Origin: Pyrodictium occultum
Lineage (GTDB): Archaea > Thermoproteota > Thermoprotei_A > Sulfolobales > Pyrodictiaceae
Assembly (NCBI RefSeq): GCF_001462395.1
Contig: NZ_LNTB01000001.1
Location: forward strand, 210,001-242,000
DNA: 32,000 nt
Direction of reading: 5' to 3'
The translations under genes were made by a program, and so were the position numbers. Shown here one piece after another: positions 27,340 through 32,000 of this stretch. Position 1 is the first letter of the stretch. Each line of letters starts with the position of its first letter. The notes beneath the pieces are model-generated. The model worked only from the letters and a program-made list of their open reading frames with translations, was not told where the DNA came from and ran no database searches.

Positions 27340-27365
27340 GCCCGGGGCCCTGGGGCGCCGGCGCC

Positions 27366-29540
27366 CTAGAGGATCGTGGCCAGCGCTCTCACCGCGAAGG
27401 CGGCCGCGGTGGCGAGGGCTAGGTCGTAGCCCAGCGCCGCTAGGGTTAGCCTCCAGCTCCTAGTCTCCCCGTAGATCGTGCCGAGGGTGGCGACGCAGGG
27501 TATGTATAGGGTCGTGGCGAGCATGAGCGCCAGCACCTGCCACGGCTGGAGGGCGTAGGCCTTCAGCGTAGCGTACTCGCCCGCGGCCTGCCCCTGGACG
27601 GGCGCCACCGCCGCCAGGGAGTCGAGGAACACCTCCTTGGCTATGAAGCCGCCGAGGAGCCCGAAGCCTATCCTCCAGGCCCTCTCGTAGTCCACGCCCA
27701 GCATGAGCTGCACGTACGGCGCCATCGCCCTGCCTATGCTTGCCCCGTAGCTCTCGGCTGCGCCGCCGGCCTCGCCGAGGTAGCCCTGTGGCCCATAGTT
27801 CGCGAGCAACCAGAGCACTATGCTCACCGCCACTATCACCGTGCCGGCCCTCACGAGGAAGTGGCGGAGCTTGTCCCAGGTGAACCACCACACCACCCTC
27901 CCACTCGGCCTCTTCGTGGGAGGCAGCTCTATCGCTATCTCGCTGGCCTTCCCGCCCTTAAGCCTGGTGAACAGCTTAAGCGTCACCAGGAAGAGGATTA
28001 TCGATATCAGGTAGACGGTGAACACAGCCAGCGCCCTCTCCACCGCGCTGTGGAAGTAGACGGTCGCCAGTGCTAGGAGCACTGTGAGTCTGGCGCTGCA
28101 CGGCACCAGGGGCAGGGCGAACGCGACCGCCCTTCTCTCCGTAGGGGAGTCCATTATCCTCGCCGAGATGACGCCGGGCACGTTGCAGCCCAGGCTGAGC
28201 ATGGCGGGGAAGACGGCCTTTCCGCTGACCCCGAATAGGCGGAAGAGCCTATCAACCCCCACGGCTAACCTGGGCAGCAGGCCGGAGTCCTCGAGGGCGC
28301 CTATAAAGGCCATTATCACGGCTACCAAGGGGATGAAGGTGAGCACCAGGCCCAGGCCGTAGCCGGAGGAGAGCAGGCCCTCGCCCAGCATCCGGGCCAG
28401 CACCGGGTTGGGTATAGCGCCCTCCACCTGCTCCGCCAGCCAGTCCATAACAACGGCTACCAGGTTCTGCAGGCTATACTCATCAACCAAGTCGGCGGCT
28501 CCCGTGTAGCCCAGGTGCCTCAATATATCATCGAGAGGCCACCCGCTCGCCACGGAGAAGGTGGCGAGGAAGATGAGGAAGAGTGTCCCGAGGCTGACCA
28601 GGGGGCCCAGCACCGGGTGGAGGAACACCAGGTCGAGCCTCGACAGCCCCAGCGCCGCCTGGCCCTCCTCCCGGGCCCTGGGCCTGTGGGCCACGTACCT
28701 CTCGTAGAGCCTGGAGGCGTAGTCATACCTCCTCTTGACAAGCTCTATGGCCAGGTCTATGCCTCTCCCCCGCAGCTCCTCCCGGATCCTCTCAGCCTCC
28801 TCGGCCACCCTCCTGGCCCTCTCCGGCCCTAGCAGCTTCTCGAGGTAGCGCGGGACCCAGTCATGCCCCTCCAGGAGCTTCACGGCCAGCCAGCGCGCAC
28901 GCGCAGGCTCCAGCACCCCTTCATCCGAGCCTGTTATGAGGCCGGCTAGTCTCTCCACGTAGGGCTTCAGGTCCCCGAGCAGCATGTCCAGCAGCGGCCC
29001 CTTCCCGCGGCGGACGGGCTTCCGGATAACCACCTCCAGCAGCTTATCGATACCCAAGTCCTTCAGTGCGCTCACCAGTACCACTGGGACTCCGAGCTCC
29101 CTCTCCAGGCCCTCCACGTCCACCTCTATGCCGCGCTCGCCCAGCATGTCAGCCTTAGTTATCACAACCACCACGTTGTCGAATGCCTCCAGCAGCTCTA
29201 GGGGGAGAGCGAGCCCCCTCTCCAGCGCGGCGCCGTCGGCTAGGGTTATTATCACGTCAGGCCGGTTCTCCAGGAGGAAGTTCCTCGTGACCTCCTCCTC
29301 TGCCCCGGTGCCGCTGGTGCTATAGACCCCGGGGAGGTCCACGACGCAGACCACGCGGTCCCCGAGCCTTATGTGGGCTACCTTCATCTCGACGGTGGCC
29401 CCCGGCCAGTTGGCCACCAGCTCGCTGGAGCCGGTAAGCCTGTTGAACAGCGTGGTCTTCCCGCTGTTGGGCGCGCCCACGAGGGCTGCTACCACGTCGC
29501 AGCCCCGTCTCCCCCCGGCGGCCGGCACTCCAGCCACCAC
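27366..29540 (-). CDS. feoB: Ferrous iron transport protein B
   Basis: N-terminal G-domain (GAPNSGKTTLFNRLTG, DLPG, ITKAD) followed by a polytopic permease domain of FeoB length. GTG start about 32 nt downstream of a TATA-like box. Confidence 0.92.
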   Translation of the reverse strand: MVAGVPAAGGRRGCDVVAALVGAPNSGKTTLFNRLTGSSELVANWPGATVEMKVAHIRLGDRVVCVVDLPGVYSTSGTGAEEEVTRNFLLENRPDVIITLADGAALERGLALPLELLEAFDNVVVVITKADMLGERGIEVDVEGLERELGVPVVLVSALKDLGIDKLLEVVIRKPVRRGKGPLLDMLLGDLKPYVERLAGLITGSDEGVLEPARARWLAVKLLEGHDWVPRYLEKLLGPERARRVAEEAERIREELRGRGIDLAIELVKRRYDYASRLYERYVAHRPRAREEGQAALGLSRLDLVFLHPVLGPLVSLGTLFLIFLATFSVASGWPLDDILRHLGYTGAADLVDEYSLQNLVAVVMDWLAEQVEGAIPNPVLARMLGEGLLSSGYGLGLVLTFIPLVAVIMAFIGALEDSGLLPRLAVGVDRLFRLFGVSGKAVFPAMLSLGCNVPGVISARIMDSPTERRAVAFALPLVPCSARLTVLLALATVYFHSAVERALAVFTVYLISIILFLVTLKLFTRLKGGKASEIAIELPPTKRPSGRVVWWFTWDKLRHFLVRAGTVIVAVSIVLWLLANYGPQGYLGEAGGAAESYGASIGRAMAPYVQLMLGVDYERAWRIGFGLLGGFIAKEVFLDSLAAVAPVQGQAAGEYATLKAYALQPWQVLALMLATTLYIPCVATLGTIYGETRSWRLTLAALGYDLALATAAAFAVRALATIL

Positions 29541-29566
29541 CTCCAGAACCCAGAGGGGGGCGCCAC

Positions 29567-29589
29567 CTCTTTAAGCCCTGTTAAAATGC
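29567..29589. promoter_or_regulatory. AT-rich island upstream of feoB, with TATA-like boxes readable on both strands
   Basis: CTCTTTAAGCCCTGTTAAAATGC. The minus-strand GCTTAAAGAG fits a leaderless feoB transcript. The plus-strand TTTAAG and GTTAAAAT could drive a rightward transcript. Confidence 0.4.
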
Positions 29590-29748
29590 AAGTGGAATTT
29601 GTGTCGGAATGAATGCAGATACGGGTACCGCCAGCCTTGCACCGTGGCCGGCGCGGTACTCGAGCCATCGGGGGGCTGCGCTTGACAGGGCACCCCCGTC
29701 CCGGCGGCACCCCTGCTTATCGTCAATGCCTGGGGCTGCTCCAGGTAA

Positions 29749-30186
29749 CCCGGGGGCCCGCGCCCTCGCTGCGGGGGGGGGGACAGCCATAGACCTTGGA
29801 ACGTGCGCCGAGAGCGGGGGCGAGGCGGTGGCAAGGCCGTGGCCGGGGCCTTGTGGAGTCATCCTCCTACCCCGCGCCTACCCCTAGAGGAGGCCGGCAG
29901 GGCTTACAGGGAATGCCCGAGGGCCGCGTTATAGGCCGCGCCGCCCTCCCGGCCCCCGGGGTGGCCCCCCGGGGGCCCGCGCCCTCGCTGCGGGGGGGGG
30001 GACAGCCATAGACCTTGGAACGTGCGCCGAGAGCGGGGGCGAGGCGGTGGCAAGGCCGTGGCCGGGGCCTTGTGGAGTCATCCTCCTACCCCGCGCCTAC
30101 CCCTAGAGGAGGCCGGCAGGGCTTACAGGGAATGCCCGAGGGCCGCGTTATAGGCCGCGCCGCCCTCCCGGCCCCCGGGGTGGCCC
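29749..30186 (+). repeat. Perfect tandem duplication, 2 x 219 bp
   Basis: 29749-29967 and 29968-30186 were compared base by base and are identical. Each copy contains a G10 run, hairpins and the TATA-like GTTATAGG. Confidence 0.95.
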
Positions 30187-30478
30187 GGCTATGGTGGTGG
30201 ACCTGGGCTTCGAGTTATCCTACCTGCTCAGTGACGCGCTCGGCCGGAGGGTGGAGGTCCAGGGCTACAGCTTCGACCCGGGGAAGGCGCTGCTCTGCAT
30301 AGACGCGCTCGTGGAGGGCAGGGGCCCGAGGAGGCTATGGTGGTGGACCTGGGCTTCGAGTTATCCTACCTGCTCAGTGACGCGCTCGGCCGGAGGGTGG
30401 AGGTCCAGGGCTACAGCTTCGACCCGGGGAAGGCGCTGCTCTGCATAGACGCGCTCGTGGAGGGCAGGGGCCCGAGGA
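30187..30478 (+). repeat. Perfect tandem duplication, 2 x 146 bp, directly abutting the 219-bp duplication
   Basis: 30187-30332 and 30333-30478 are identical. The unit covers 4 nt of leader plus the first 142 nt of the small ORF. Confidence 0.95.
30191..30448 (+). pseudogene. Frameshifted upstream copy of the small ORF, created by the 146-bp duplication
   Basis: The first 47 codons are identical to ORF 30337-30606. It then reads out of frame into the second copy (..RRLWWWTWASS..). Confidence 0.5.
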
Positions 30479-30606
30479 AGGCCTGCATAGAGGTTAAGCC
30501 GTGCCGGGGCCTCCGGGAGGAGGCCAGGTGGGCCCGCTGCGTGTCCAAGACACTGGTACACGCGAGCGGGCTCGTGGAGAGGCTGGCCGGGCTCCTGGAG
30601 GGCTAG
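30337..30606 (+). CDS. Small hypothetical protein (89 aa), intact copy
   Basis: MVVDLGFELSYLLSDALGRRVEVQGYSFDPGKALLCIDALVEGRGPRKACIEVKPC.. Coding-like composition. No family recognised. Confidence 0.5.
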   Translation: MVVDLGFELSYLLSDALGRRVEVQGYSFDPGKALLCIDALVEGRGPRKACIEVKPCRGLREEARWARCVSKTLVHASGLVERLAGLLEG

Positions 30607-32000
30607 CCTCCGGGCTTCCGGAGCCTCGCTATGAAGTACCCGGTCGCCCGGTGGATGCTCGGGTGCACCCTTATGGCGTGCTCGCCGTAGAAGCCTATGC
30701 CCCGGCTGAAGCGCCTGGGCCAGGCCTCCTCGAGGCGGAGGCCCAGCTCCTCCACGGCGTAGCGCATATTCTCCTCGTTCTCGCGGAGCGTCATGGTGCA
30801 GGTGGAGTAGACCAGCACCCCGCCGGGCCGGAGGAGCCGCTGGGCGGCGCGGAGGAACCGCCTCTGGTACCGGGCGGCGGCCTCCACGTCGCGCAGCGTC
30901 TTCCGGTCCCAGACCTTGGGTATCACGCCGAGGCTGCTGCAGGGAGGGTCGAGGATAACATAGTCCGCCACCCCGGCGCCCAGTATCCTGTCAAGCCTCC
31001 TGGAGTCGGCGCGCAGCACCTCCACCCGGTGCCCCAGCCTCCTCACCTCCTCCCTGAGCCTCTCCACCTTGCCCCTGGAGTGGTCGACAGCCACCACCCG
31101 CACCCTGCCCCCGGCCAGCTCGTAGACGTGGCCGGTCTTCCCTCCCGGCGCCGCGCACATGTCTACGACCAGGGAGCCGGGCTCCGGGGATACTTGGGTA
31201 TCACGCCGAGGCTGCTGCAGGGAGGGTCGAGGATAACATAGTCCGCCACCCCGGCGCCCAGTATCCTGTCAAGCCTCCTGGAGTCGGCGCGCAGCACCTC
31301 CACCCGGTGCCCCAGCCTCCTCACCTCCTCCCTGAGCCTCTCCACCTTGCCCCTGGAGTGGTCGACAGCCACCACCCGCACCCTGCCCCCGGCCAGCTCG
31401 TAGACGTGGCCGGTCTTCCCTCCCGGCGCCGCGCACATGTCTACGACCAGGGAGCCGGGCTCCGGGGATAGGACGTGGGCGGCCATCATGGAGGAGATGC
31501 TCTGCTCGTATATCGCGCCGCTCCTCCACCACCGGGTCTCCCTGAGGCTGGGCACCCGGTAGAGGGGCTGGACGTTCTCCACCACCAGGCCCCGCCGCGC
31601 CCGGAGAGCGGCCGGAGCCTCCTGGGCCACCACCCCCAGGGCTACGGCGGCGCCGTTCTCCGCTACAACCAGCACCTCCCTGCCCGGCCGGGCGCAGTCC
31701 TCGAGCCGGACCACGCCGGGGGCGTACACGTGGGCGCCGAGCATAACGCTCTCGGCAGCCCTCTTGTCCACCACCACCCTGCAGCCCGGGTCCCGGAGCC
31801 TCGCTGGCCCCTCGACGGGTATCCAGAGCGCCTCCTCCAGCAGCTCGTCGCGGTGCACCGGGTAGCCCTCCTTCCTCATCTCGTCGAGCAGCTCCCCGGG
31901 GTCGGCGCGGAGGGTGTTGACCCGGAAGTAGTAGCGGGACGGCGGCGCGGCGAGGGCCTCGAGGAGCCTGGGGAGCCCGTGGCGGCCATAGACCCTCTCA
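30603..32000 (-). pseudogene. NOL1/NOP2/Sun (RsmB-like) RNA cytosine-C5 methyltransferase with a PUA-like domain. The frame is broken by the 278-bp duplication, and the 5' end lies beyond the window.
   Basis: N-region ..YYFRVNTLRADPGELLDEMRKEGY stays open to position 32000. PUA-like VVVDKRAAESVMLGAHVYAPGV, SAM motif DMCAAPGGKT, catalytic DPPCS and YSTCT. As sequenced it splits into ORFs 31163-31879+ and 30603-31160. Removing one repeat copy restores a single frame (..GVIPK|VWDRK..). Confidence 0.85.
30915..31470 (-). repeat. Perfect tandem duplication, 2 x 278 bp, internal to the methyltransferase gene
   Basis: 30915-31192 and 31193-31470 were compared base by base and are identical. 278 is not a multiple of 3. 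Confidence 0.95.

Noticed and set aside
29605-29725. RNase P RNA-like strings: GAATGAATG resembling CR-IV AGAUGAAUG, and CCCCTGCTTATCG resembling CR-V ..CGGCUUAUCG.
   Set aside because: They are about 95 nt apart rather than about 15 nt. No CR-I GGAAAGUCC-like element is visible on either strand, and the order and pairing expected for helix P4 cannot be built. This is treated as a chance resemblance.
29964-29982. Possible att-like repeat of the tRNA-Arg 3' end: CCCCCCGGGCCCGCC at 26214-26228 versus CCCCCCGGGGGCCCGCGCC.
   Set aside because: The match needs indels, is short and is pure GC low-complexity. It does not extend into the T-arm, and no integrase or other element genes lie between the two sites.
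29749-30478. The numerical curiosity that 219 = 3 x 73 and 146 = 2 x 73, hinting at a 73-nt periodic element.
   Set aside because: Comparing successive 73-nt blocks inside the units shows no internal similarity, and the third duplication (278 bp) is not a multiple of 73. This is probably coincidence.
29749-31470. Whether the repeated DNA could be a CRISPR array or a minisatellite.
   Set aside because: There are only two copies of each unit. The units are long (146-278 bp) and directly abutting, with no spacers. There are no cas genes and no short palindromic repeat structure.

Overview
This is a visibly GC-rich, archaeal-type chromosomal segment. By eye it is roughly two-thirds G+C; I did not compute this. 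The archaeal call rests on short AT-rich TATA/BRE-like islands in otherwise GC-rich intergenic DNA, GGAGG Shine-Dalgarno (SD) sites, AGG/ATA/CTC codon preference, a two-subunit class I fumarase, and an ABC binding protein with an N-terminal anchor and a Thr/Ala-rich linker. It looks like a hyperthermophilic crenarchaeon, but the taxon cannot be verified here.

Gene content is mostly housekeeping:
- 3-2827: a DUF58 protein followed by two membrane ORFs.
- 2824-9988, minus strand: a Liv/HAAT-type ABC importer (livG, acyl-CoA ligase, livH, livM, binding protein, livF) with an acyl-CoA ligase embedded in it.
- 10205-11973: a second, atypical AMP-binding enzyme and a translationally coupled small ORF.
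- 12438-21705: a divergent branched-chain amino acid regulon, with leuA-leuB-leuC on the minus strand and ilvB-ilvN, then ilvC-ilvD-leuD, on the plus strand.
- 21702-26229: malic enzyme, a CofE-family ligase, a truncated FAD-binding ORF, fumarase beta and alpha, and tRNA-Arg(CCT).
- 26282-29540: two orphan ORFs and feoB.
- 30337-32000: a small ORF and a NOL1/NOP2/Sun RNA m5C methyltransferase that runs off the window.

Two observations stand out.
1. The leuA/ilvB divergent control region carries a homologous 32-nt SD-plus-4-codon-uORF cassette directly in front of both start codons. The ilvB leader also has a tandem 25-nt repeat that encodes two more SD-plus-mini-ORF units. All the mini-ORFs contain Val, Ile or Leu codons. 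This may be an undescribed translational control of BCAA biosynthesis.
2. Three perfect tandem duplications whose lengths fail to preserve reading frame where they hit genes (219, 146 and 278 bp) lie within 1.7 kb (29749-31470). They duplicate a promoter, frameshift a small ORF and split the methyltransferase gene. This is either very recent rearrangement or an assembly artefact.

I see no CRISPR array, rRNA or recognisable mobile element. Many long ORFs in the six-frame track are GC-driven shadow frames.
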